Source: a virus
IMG/VR virus record: IMGVR_UViG_3300030419_007641
Span: 96,001-160,000 of that record
Length of the DNA stretch: 64,000 nucleotides
Reading direction: 5' to 3' (one strand)
Under the pieces are notes generated by a model that was given only the letters and a program-made list of their open reading frames with translations, searched no databases and was not told the DNA's origin. Positions 1-8,428 of the stretch are shown one piece after another. How positions within the stretch are numbered: the stretch's first letter is position 1; every line of letters starts with the position of its first letter. A program made the translations under genes and the position numbers.

Positions 1-369
1 GCTGTATTTGATATAAACGTTGGATCTCCCTCTACAGTAAAAGGTGGTAATGGTGGGCTAAGTAAGATTAGTAAAGACGGTAACCTTATTGTACAGTCAA
101 ACGGGGGTCTCGTTGGTGGTTGGAAAGGGGATGGATCAATTGATGCAAGTAGTATATACACAGAAGGCGGGTATATCTTATCTGGTGGCGGTGGAGAAGT
201 CGATACTCAAGGAACCTTCCAAGAAGCTGGAGGAACTGCATCATACTGGGGCGGTGCTGGGGCACCTGGTGCTGGTGGAAGCTCTGGAGCTGGTATCGCC
301 ACAGGTCTACCACCTGCTGGTGGAAGGAATGCAGTATCTGATGGTATTATTGTGTTTGAATGGTCATAG
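1..369 (+). CDS. C-terminal part of a glycine-rich protein (tail/fibre-associated type), 5'-truncated by the window edge
   Basis: Not in the ORF track. Frame 1 is open from base 1 to TAG 367-369: AVFDINVGSPSTVKGGNGG...WGGAGAPGAGGSSGAG...DGIIVFEWS. The Gly-rich body with a G-x-hydrophobic terminal strand is typical of phage Gly-rich domains. Confidence 0.7.
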   Translation, partial: AVFDINVGSPSTVKGGNGGLSKISKDGNLIVQSNGGLVGGWKGDGSIDASSIYTEGGYILSGGGGEVDTQGTFQEAGGTASYWGGAGAPGAGGSSGAGIATGLPPAGGRNAVSDGIIVFEWS

Positions 370-401
370 TTGATATATAGTATATCAAAACTAACTATGG
401 T

Positions 402-566
402 ATGGAAGAATTAATAGTAGAAGGTCTCGACTACGAAGATTTTGTAGCTCTAAAAGGGGTTCTAGAACACAACACAACCTTTACTACCCTAGAAAAAGAA
501 GAATATGCTAATACTCTTATTTTAATTGAAAAGGTTAACAAAATCATAGAAGTGTTTGAAGAATAA
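402..566 (+). CDS. small hypothetical protein (54 aa)
   Basis: Read by hand: ATG402 MEELIVEGLDYEDFVALKGVLEH...KIIEVFEE, stop TAA 564-566. Fills the gap between neighbouring genes. Confidence 0.65.
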   Translation: MEELIVEGLDYEDFVALKGVLEHNTTFTTLEKEEYANTLILIEKVNKIIEVFEE

Positions 567-574
567 ATACTTGC

Positions 575-793
575 ATGAAGGCAAGTTCTAGTTGGAGAGG
601 CAGCTCTTTATGCGAAGAGTTCTCTGACTATGTGCTCACTGATGACGATAACAATAATAGTATTTTGGTATGTATACCAATAAAACATTTTGGCACAGTA
701 TACAGAGAATTAACAAAACTTGGATATAAAATGGTTTTTAAGACAAAAATAAAGACAAGTAATTCTCTAACTTGTACTTTTATAAAGATTTGA
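575..793 (+). CDS. hypothetical protein
   Basis: 72-aa ORF preceded by TAAATA (late-promoter-like); co-oriented with neighbours. Confidence 0.6.
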   Translation: MKASSSWRGSSLCEEFSDYVLTDDDNNNSILVCIPIKHFGTVYRELTKLGYKMVFKTKIKTSNSLTCTFIKI

Positions 794-810
794 GGAATTA
801 AATATAAGTA

Positions 811-1710
811 ATGGCTGTTTTTGATTTACCTGAAATTAATTTACCGGGATACGCACGTTTTTATAATTTTGCTGATACTACAAAGAAGTTTAATTCTAAT
901 TACGATATTGTATGGTCTTTTCAGTATAAAATTCCTAGTACAAGCTTTGATGCTCCTAATACTACTTCTAAAAACTACCAAGCAGGGTTTACCACATTTT
1001 TAACTACCTTAACATCCCCTACTTCTTCTTTACCCGGGCAATATTTAGGAGATTCAGACCCCTCTGTATTATCTGGTACACCACTGCATACAGAAGGCGG
1101 GGATGTTGTATTTACAGAAGGTTCTGATGCAATACTAGTAAATTCTACAGCTGTTAGTGGTCAATTACTTAAAATTGCTTTTGATACAACAGGGCTTTAT
1201 GCAGTATCTGGAAGAAGCAATAGACCGGGAGTTTCATTACATAATGTGCACCGCGAAGCTTTTATAATCAGAGATTACCAGGACAGGGTACTTTGTAACG
1301 TTCCACTATCTACATGTGGTACCACCTTTAGTGCTATATCTTCTGAGGAATTTAGAACCCTAAGGTTTAGATATGTAAATCTTGGGCGGAAACTTCATAT
1401 AGATTTCAGAGATAGTAATACTACTTCCTATACCAAACTAACAACTTTTGACCTAGGGTACCGAGTAGCAAACTTTGATAATTTAGATAATGTGTTCTGT
1501 GGATTTTCATATTGCACACCCATATCCTCTTCTCGTGGAACTAACAGCTCTGCAGCAAGCGCCAATGCATTTTTCCTCAAAGAGTTTACTGCAGAGGGCT
1601 TTATCGGGGGTACTGTTACTACCCAAACTATCACTAGCGAAGCCCTTTCTTCAAATCCCAATAATAACGTCACTACTGTTACTAATGTAAGCGCTATACC
1701 TATTACATAA
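811..1710 (+). CDS. L-type (legume) lectin/concanavalin-like beta-sandwich protein, possibly structural
   Basis: Ser/Thr-rich beta-strand pattern with lectin-like motifs in the expected order: GFTTFL, IAFDT, VFCGFS. TTAAATA at 798-804. Confidence 0.5.
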   Translation: MAVFDLPEINLPGYARFYNFADTTKKFNSNYDIVWSFQYKIPSTSFDAPNTTSKNYQAGFTTFLTTLTSPTSSLPGQYLGDSDPSVLSGTPLHTEGGDVVFTEGSDAILVNSTAVSGQLLKIAFDTTGLYAVSGRSNRPGVSLHNVHREAFIIRDYQDRVLCNVPLSTCGTTFSAISSEEFRTLRFRYVNLGRKLHIDFRDSNTTSYTKLTTFDLGYRVANFDNLDNVFCGFSYCTPISSSRGTNSSAASANAFFLKEFTAEGFIGGTVTTQTITSEALSSNPNNNVTTVTNVSAIPIT

Positions 1711-1711
1711 A

Positions 1712-2563
1712 ATGAGTTTAGGAATAAAATATACTTCCTATTGCAGGTTAAATATTATTACACTATTAAGTGCTGATAGTGGCGGACCAATATATGATAT
1801 ATATGACAGAAAAACTGGCAGAAAATTAGACACTGTCGTACTACCGCCTAATGATAACGTATTTCCTGTATCTATATATAAAGTAAGTAGGTATAGAGAA
1901 AGTAAAGAAAGCCCGGAATCTATAGGGCTTATTGTACAGAGTAACGGAGTAACTCAAGAAATAGTAACTCAGTGTGAGCCTATTCCTGATATTCCACGGG
2001 CTCGAGCAATTAAAGATAATCCGTTTAATATGGAAAAGATAGATCCGGTGGAATGGAGGGAATGGTTAGATAAACAGAATAAGCCTCCTGGCTGGGTTCT
2101 TAATGATGAGGGAATGATAAGAGAGGAAGTTATAAATGCTTTCTTAAATCAACGATCAGTAGGTAATGAGGAACTAAACCGGTATACAACAGGGCGTGAG
2201 CGTTGTTGCCCGCCAACCCCTGGAGCTCACAAAAGCGGTATGTGGTTTTACAAAAGTGGTATGTCTAATTATTTAACTCCATTTAATGGTGAACCGCAAA
2301 ATGGAATGGTATTTTGGCGATTTGTTGAGGACATGGCCGGTGAGGAGCCACCATGGCTTTGGCATGATCCTCAGCGTCTTCAACGAGATAATATAGAGCG
2401 GCTCCTTAATGATCTGGGAGAAGATCCCGGAGAAAGACCCGATAATCCTGATGAGCAAATAGACTGGGGTCAAGAAATGATGAACATGTTAAATGATATA
2501 AATAAAGAACGAGAGGGTCAAGGGGAACCACCAATAGAAATTCCACGCGCGCAACAACCTTAA
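1712..2563 (+). CDS. hypothetical protein, W/P-rich C-terminal half with a CCPP motif
   Basis: 283-aa ORF with no recognisable family. Composition shifts toward that of the downstream W/P-rich genes. Confidence 0.75.
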   Translation: MSLGIKYTSYCRLNIITLLSADSGGPIYDIYDRKTGRKLDTVVLPPNDNVFPVSIYKVSRYRESKESPESIGLIVQSNGVTQEIVTQCEPIPDIPRARAIKDNPFNMEKIDPVEWREWLDKQNKPPGWVLNDEGMIREEVINAFLNQRSVGNEELNRYTTGRERCCPPTPGAHKSGMWFYKSGMSNYLTPFNGEPQNGMVFWRFVEDMAGEEPPWLWHDPQRLQRDNIERLLNDLGEDPGERPDNPDEQIDWGQEMMNMLNDINKEREGQGEPPIEIPRAQQP

Positions 2564-2614
2564 ATGATTTTATTGAAATGATATATGTATCGATAACAAA
2601 GGCAGGGGGATGTA

Positions 2615-5533
2615 ATGGCATATAATGCATTATATCTAGCTGGTATGGGCTGGAATAGCCCAAATTTAATAGGAAATCCAGGTGCCATGGAACCTGATTT
2701 CTACCAGAAGTCCGTAAATGAATCTATGTTTGGGTTCTACGGTTATTGGTGGCCATTGTTTTTAGACTACAATGAAGCAGTCGCAGCTGATGACCCAAGT
2801 GTTCGTCAGACTGTTAGAAAGGAAGCAGTAGCGCTAGTATTCCGTGAATATAGCTATTCGAAGGGTCGACCAGGATTAAATGGCGAGACATCGGGACTAG
2901 TAAAGTTTTATATGCCCCTAGACAAGGCAATAGAGCATCTTTTATCACCGGCTAGTGAAACACATAGATTTTGCTCTACTATAGGATGGATGGGGAATGA
3001 CATGTTTGGTTGTGTTGCTCCAGGTGATGATAACTGGCCGGACGCGTGTAACGGACAACCAATTATTCCAGAAAATGCACATTCGTACCCATGTTCACAT
3101 ATGTTCTTTAAGCCAGATGGAAATCCATGGACGCGACCATTGGTTCAAATGCTTGACTACGTGCCCCCTATACCAGGAATCGATCCGCATTACCCGGAGG
3201 GATTTGGCCAGACATTAATCCCAGAAATTGTCGACAGCACCGGTGGTAAATTTAGACCTCAATTTAGAATAGGTGAAGATCCTGGAAAATTGCCGCCTGT
3301 TCCCATAAGAGGATTCGCTGGACCCGGAGGATTGAAGGGGCATTTGTACGACCCAAATTATAATTATACATTTTTAAAACAAGATACGCAATTTGCACGA
3401 CGATGGCCAGTAGGGCTAGCGGGTAATCCAAAGCCAGGTGCCGGTGAAATATATAATGGCATTATAGAAAGTGATGATGAAACAGAGGAAGTATCCTTTT
3501 TAGGGTGGGGAAATAATGTATTGGGAAATCCGTGGTCAAATCTTCCATACCCCGGACCATGGCATTTTCTTGAACAGGAATTAAACTTTGAGCATCCGGA
3601 TATAACTCGAGCGGACTGGCCGATAGGTCCTGTAGATGATAAGCTTTTTGCTATAGCTCAAAAGGTAAATCTGTGGGGCGATGGCGGGATTACATCGGTG
3701 CTACAATATAATTATGCGGAGTGGTTAGCAGAAAGAATGTTTCAATTTATGGGGAGGCCTTTCTGGTCAGTGCCGGCACCAAACGTGGAAGATGACCCGG
3801 GGCCCCCTCTCCCTCAGGAGTTAAGAGAACAGGCTATGAGCTTTATAAAGACAGTTCCTGTTGCGGACTATATTATAGAAGGTGATACAATATATGACTG
3901 GATGCAATGGGCTTCTGCGATGGCTGGTGGTTGGCCGGAGATTGGTGAACGACACCGCAGGAACAGGATTGGATTACGGGCTCATTTGGAACGAGGTGAT
4001 ATTGGTCCAGATACAGTTGTTCAATGGCGTGGCAAATTATGGAGGCCCGCTGGTGATGATGAAGAGACTCGCATGGATAGTGTAAGGTGGATTACATCCC
4101 CCCCTACAGACGTTGCTCCTGGTGTATTCGCCGGGAGTAGGCAGTTGCAAATTCATGAAGAATCTAAAGACCCGGCATTGGATATGTGGACAACGCCTCT
4201 TCATATCGGTCGAGTGGACACCGGGGTCGGGTGGGAGACATACAAGAGATGGCGACGTTTAATACCACCCCCTGAAGTGAATAGGGAGACGTCTGAGTGG
4301 AGTAGTCGGGACATGGAACGCGGCCAGAAGGTCGGGTTTGGTCATAGTTCTATAGATTATGGAGTATTATTAGCCAGTGATCTTAAGCCATGTCGGCCGG
4401 CCGAGTGTGAAGTCTGGTTAAAGGAGCCTATATTACATCTTTGGAATGACGGTTATGTGGGATTCGAAGGGTATAATGGTCAGATTTTTGACGGGTATAT
4501 ACGCCAAGATGATATTGATCGTATTGGCGGCCCGATTCCCGAAGAATATAGAATGGTAATTAAACCAGGAAGGACAAACCGGGAATTTGTGCGGAGTAAT
4601 GATCGCTGGACGTTAGATAATCAGATAAATTATGCTAATTTTCTAGAAAATCAAAATCCTGGAATATTCTTCGAAAAATTTGGTAGGCTTCCAGTATGGG
4701 AAGAGATACCTATACCTCGAGAGTCTCATTATCGCGAGTACATTAAACACTGGCCAGAAATTCCTCTTGAAGTAGTAGATGAAAATGACCCTGAAGAGCA
4801 GTGGAAAATAGATCAAATGCAAAGGTCAAAGAGGCAAATAGTTATTCCCCCGCTGTTCACAAAGTATGGTGAAATGACGGCTCCTTGGACAAACCCCGGA
4901 CCGTTAAACGGGATGCGTACGACTAAGCGATCTTGGACTTATTATACTCAAACACCAAACGGTAATACTGAAGCGTTTGATCAATTATTACTTTTAAACT
5001 GGGGCAAATCTATTAGACCTGAACTACCACCCGGTCCGACAAATGGATATGAATGGAATTATTTAGAACCTGGTGGTAATGTAGCGGGAATACGTTGGGG
5101 TAAACCCCGACTACGGGAAATTGTCGCGACTTCCTTCACACAAAATGAACAAGGTGCACCTGCAGGCGCCTCTGGAAATGCGCGTAATTTTCCGCCATGG
5201 GAAGGAACGCCGGTATGGTATTTAGCGTTAACAAACTATTCTCAAGATTGGAGTGTGCTGTTTCCGCCAGATAAGCCATGGGTAGCAAATCCACCACTAT
5301 GGCTTATGCCAGCTCCTCCATCATATGCTAATGAGCTCATGTCTGAGCAGTGGCCTGATCCTATAATATTCGGGGGACCGGGCGCGATCGGCCCTGGCGA
5401 CCTGGATGCTATTAGAGGTATCCCGGGAGCAACTGCTAGTCAAGAATTTTTAGCGTTGTTACAACAAAACACAAGATTTTTAGCTCGCCAGGTTGGTTTC
5501 CGCGGCCTGCGAGGTGTATTTTCGCCTGATTAG
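2615..5533 (+). CDS. large Trp/Pro/Gly-rich protein of unknown function, paralog A
   Basis: 972-aa ORF. Shares MAYNALYLAG, YWWPLFLDYNEA, IYDWMQWASAMAGGWPEIGERH and the identical C-terminus ASQEFLALLQQNTRFLARQVGFRGLRGVFSPD with 5600-8374. Confidence 0.9.
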   Translation: MAYNALYLAGMGWNSPNLIGNPGAMEPDFYQKSVNESMFGFYGYWWPLFLDYNEAVAADDPSVRQTVRKEAVALVFREYSYSKGRPGLNGETSGLVKFYMPLDKAIEHLLSPASETHRFCSTIGWMGNDMFGCVAPGDDNWPDACNGQPIIPENAHSYPCSHMFFKPDGNPWTRPLVQMLDYVPPIPGIDPHYPEGFGQTLIPEIVDSTGGKFRPQFRIGEDPGKLPPVPIRGFAGPGGLKGHLYDPNYNYTFLKQDTQFARRWPVGLAGNPKPGAGEIYNGIIESDDETEEVSFLGWGNNVLGNPWSNLPYPGPWHFLEQELNFEHPDITRADWPIGPVDDKLFAIAQKVNLWGDGGITSVLQYNYAEWLAERMFQFMGRPFWSVPAPNVEDDPGPPLPQELREQAMSFIKTVPVADYIIEGDTIYDWMQWASAMAGGWPEIGERHRRNRIGLRAHLERGDIGPDTVVQWRGKLWRPAGDDEETRMDSVRWITSPPTDVAPGVFAGSRQLQIHEESKDPALDMWTTPLHIGRVDTGVGWETYKRWRRLIPPPEVNRETSEWSSRDMERGQKVGFGHSSIDYGVLLASDLKPCRPAECEVWLKEPILHLWNDGYVGFEGYNGQIFDGYIRQDDIDRIGGPIPEEYRMVIKPGRTNREFVRSNDRWTLDNQINYANFLENQNPGIFFEKFGRLPVWEEIPIPRESHYREYIKHWPEIPLEVVDENDPEEQWKIDQMQRSKRQIVIPPLFTKYGEMTAPWTNPGPLNGMRTTKRSWTYYTQTPNGNTEAFDQLLLLNWGKSIRPELPPGPTNGYEWNYLEPGGNVAGIRWGKPRLREIVATSFTQNEQGAPAGASGNARNFPPWEGTPVWYLALTNYSQDWSVLFPPDKPWVANPPLWLMPAPPSYANELMSEQWPDPIIFGGPGAIGPGDLDAIRGIPGATASQEFLALLQQNTRFLARQVGFRGLRGVFSPD
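3866..4029 (+). repeat. near-identical direct repeat island shared with 6806-6969
   Basis: gactat..atagaaggt.atacaat.tatgactggatgcaatgggcttctgc.atggctggtggttggccggagattggtgaacgacaccgcagg.acaggattggattacg.gctcatttggaac.aggtgatattggtccagatacagttgttcaatggcg is present in both paralogs with only scattered substitutions. Confidence 0.95.
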
Positions 5534-5551
5534 AATATTAACCTTATAATT
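5429..5551 (+). repeat. near-identical direct repeat (gene end plus 3' UTR) shared with 8270-8392
   Basis: gcaa.tgctagtcaagaatttttagcgttgttacaacaaaacacaag...cctgattagaatattaa.cttataatt occurs at the end of both paralogs and extends past the stop codon. Confidence 0.95.
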
Positions 5552-5599
5552 ATTTTATGAAAACGATACATACAGCAATAACAAAGATCGGAGGCAATA

Positions 5600-8374
5600 A
5601 TGGCATATAATGCATTATATCTAGCTGGTACCTGTTGGAATAATCCTCTATCTCCTCCAGAACAATTTCAAGCCCCTGGTGTACCAATTAGGACAAGATT
5701 TTTCGACCAATGGCAAGATAGAGTAAATTTTGCCTCATATGGATTTGTGGGGTATTGGTGGCCATTGTTTTTAGACTACAATGAAGCAAAAGAAGCTGAT
5801 GATCCTAGTGTACGTAATACTACTACCAAAGAAGCGTTAACGCTAATGTTTCGAGAATTTAGCTATACGGAGGATCGACCCGGGTTAAATGGTGAGACAT
5901 CGGGACTAGTAAAATTTTATATGCCCCTAGACAAGGCAATAAAGCATCTTTTAACAGATTGTCGGTATATGTGGTCAGTTACTGATGCTTCTGGGAACCA
6001 GAGAATACCTTTTGAAGGCGATGGCGATGAGAACGAGGAAGAAATAGTCCCAGGCATACGGGTATACCGTAGGCAATTTTTTAATGATAAAGGGGAGCCA
6101 TACTTACGGCCGGCTTATCCTATGCTTAAAAACGTACCACCTCTACCGGGGTTAAACTCTAGGTATGGAACGCGGCACAGTGCCGCGCCCCGATCACAGT
6201 GGGCTAGCCCAATACTTGATGCTACTGGTGCCGTGCTCCGACCGGGATTCTCTGTTGAGTCCCAGTCATGGGCCAGAGATGCTGGGTTGTTGGATGATGA
6301 TCCTAAATATGATTATACATATCTTGTACCAAATACACAATTTGCGCGGTTATGGCCAAAGGAATTGGATGGATTTACCTCACGTGTTCCGCGACATAAA
6401 TTATACCTAGGTATAACAGTCGATCAACCTGATCACCTAGAACCTAGCTTTATAGGGTACGGAAACAATGTAGTAGGTAACATATGGGGCGATCAAATAA
6501 AAGTAGAATGGCGGTTTTTAGACTTAGTTCCTCCGGTCGAGTTTGATTTAAATGAACTTCAAAGATTAGCGACACTACATAATTTGTGGGTAGCCAACCT
6601 GGACATGGATATTCCTGGACCACCTATCCAGGAAAATTGGGCAGACGCGTGGGTAAACGATATGTTCTGGCGGATAGGTGATGTACGGGATAATTTCTGG
6701 GAATTCATCGATGATCAGTGGGTGCTTGTGAAGGGCGGACCAGAGCCTCTACCACAAGAATACCGACAAACAAGTATAGCAAGGTTTAAGGAATGCCCAG
6801 TTCCAGACTATGTAATAGAAGGTAATACAATCTATGACTGGATGCAATGGGCTTCTGCAATGGCTGGTGGTTGGCCGGAGATTGGTGAACGACACCGCAG
6901 GGACAGGATTGGATTACGCGCTCATTTGGAACAAGGTGATATTGGTCCAGATACAGTTGTTCAATGGCGGGGAAAAAACTGGAGAGTTGCTGGTAATGAT
7001 GAAGAAACACGCATGGATAATGTAAGATGGATTACAGCTCCACCTACAGACGTTGCTCCAAGCGTATGGGAGACCTGGCGTAATCGTGGTCCGTGGAGGC
7101 ATCATCCATGTGCACTGGCATCTGGGGTAGGGTGGGAAACATTAAAACGGTGGAGACGTTTAATTCCCCCACCAGCTGATGGAAATGAGGGAGTTTCCGG
7201 TGCTGATTTTGGATATAATACTATAGATTATGGAATACTTTTAGCTGATAACCCTCCTTTGGTACCTGGGTATCCATGGTTCGGGCAAAATACTGAGCTC
7301 AAACCCATAAACCCGGGCTGGGAGGGAATCCATGGATTCCCTGAGCGCCTAGGTGGTCCTATTCCTGACGCAATTAAGGATCCGCATGGTGACGGTGATC
7401 GTGGAGGTCTCGACTGGGGCTGGGATCAGTCTCCCGAAGACCTTGAGGCTGCTGACAATGCTCCATGGTGGCGTAAAGTAAATGATTATAAAAATTTTAT
7501 AAATGAACAAAATCCGGAAATATTTTTTGAAAAATTTGGTAGGCAACCTGTATGGGAAGAAGTTTGTGCGCCTCTGATCGAATCTCCAATATTAAATCCT
7601 GTTCGTGTTACAAATAAATGGCCTGAGGATCCCTTGAGAGTATTTAATGAAAATGACCCTAATGAGCAGTGGAAAATAGATCAGACGCGTAGGGCGAAGG
7701 GACAAATAATTATTCCACCTCTATTTGACCGGACATATCCAAGGGCCGGACCGTGGCAGGGTGATAATTCGCCACGTTTACTATTACGAAAGTGGAAGAA
7801 ATGGGCCGAGGGCCTCCAGCTGGAGGATGGAGAATGGCAAAAAAAAGTTATCGAATATACATTCGATGTATGCATAAACTTCAATAAATCTATTAGGCCG
7901 GGATTGGCGCCCGGGCCAACTGACGGAATGGACTGGGATTACCGCGATGTAAGGGGCAACGTAGCAGGAATACACTGGGGTAAGCCTCAATTACGGGAAA
8001 TTGTCGCGACTTCCTACACACAAAATGTACAAGGTGAACGTGTTGCAAATACACAGTCAGCAATCTATTACTCACCGTGGGAAGGAACGCCAGTATGGTA
8101 TTTAGCGTTAACAAACTATTCTGAGATATGGGCACCTCCGTTTCCGATAAATCAGCCATGGGTAGCAAATCCACCACTATGGCTTATGCCGGCTCCTCCA
8201 TCATATGCTATAGAGCTTTTAAGTGAACAGGATGATAATGATATGATCATGGGCGTTGGAGTTCCCGGGGCAATTGCTAGTCAAGAATTTTTAGCGTTGT
8301 TACAACAAAACACAAGGTTTTTAGCGCGCCAGGTTGGCTTCCGCGGCCTGCGAGGTGTATTTTCACCTGATTAG
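5600..8374 (+). CDS. large Trp/Pro/Gly-rich protein of unknown function, paralog B
   Basis: 924-aa ORF; direct tandem paralog of 2615-5533. Confidence 0.9.
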   Translation: MAYNALYLAGTCWNNPLSPPEQFQAPGVPIRTRFFDQWQDRVNFASYGFVGYWWPLFLDYNEAKEADDPSVRNTTTKEALTLMFREFSYTEDRPGLNGETSGLVKFYMPLDKAIKHLLTDCRYMWSVTDASGNQRIPFEGDGDENEEEIVPGIRVYRRQFFNDKGEPYLRPAYPMLKNVPPLPGLNSRYGTRHSAAPRSQWASPILDATGAVLRPGFSVESQSWARDAGLLDDDPKYDYTYLVPNTQFARLWPKELDGFTSRVPRHKLYLGITVDQPDHLEPSFIGYGNNVVGNIWGDQIKVEWRFLDLVPPVEFDLNELQRLATLHNLWVANLDMDIPGPPIQENWADAWVNDMFWRIGDVRDNFWEFIDDQWVLVKGGPEPLPQEYRQTSIARFKECPVPDYVIEGNTIYDWMQWASAMAGGWPEIGERHRRDRIGLRAHLEQGDIGPDTVVQWRGKNWRVAGNDEETRMDNVRWITAPPTDVAPSVWETWRNRGPWRHHPCALASGVGWETLKRWRRLIPPPADGNEGVSGADFGYNTIDYGILLADNPPLVPGYPWFGQNTELKPINPGWEGIHGFPERLGGPIPDAIKDPHGDGDRGGLDWGWDQSPEDLEAADNAPWWRKVNDYKNFINEQNPEIFFEKFGRQPVWEEVCAPLIESPILNPVRVTNKWPEDPLRVFNENDPNEQWKIDQTRRAKGQIIIPPLFDRTYPRAGPWQGDNSPRLLLRKWKKWAEGLQLEDGEWQKKVIEYTFDVCINFNKSIRPGLAPGPTDGMDWDYRDVRGNVAGIHWGKPQLREIVATSYTQNVQGERVANTQSAIYYSPWEGTPVWYLALTNYSEIWAPPFPINQPWVANPPLWLMPAPPSYAIELLSEQDDNDMIMGVGVPGAIASQEFLALLQQNTRFLARQVGFRGLRGVFSPD

Positions 8375-8428
8375 AATATTAATCTTATAATTGATATATA
8401 TAGAACATTATTAAATAATTAAAACATA

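Noticed and set aside
2615-8392. A/B repeats as the template and variable repeats of a diversity-generating retroelement
   Set aside because: No reverse transcriptase in the window. Both copies are inside long intact ORFs, and the differences are mostly synonymous, not adenine-specific.
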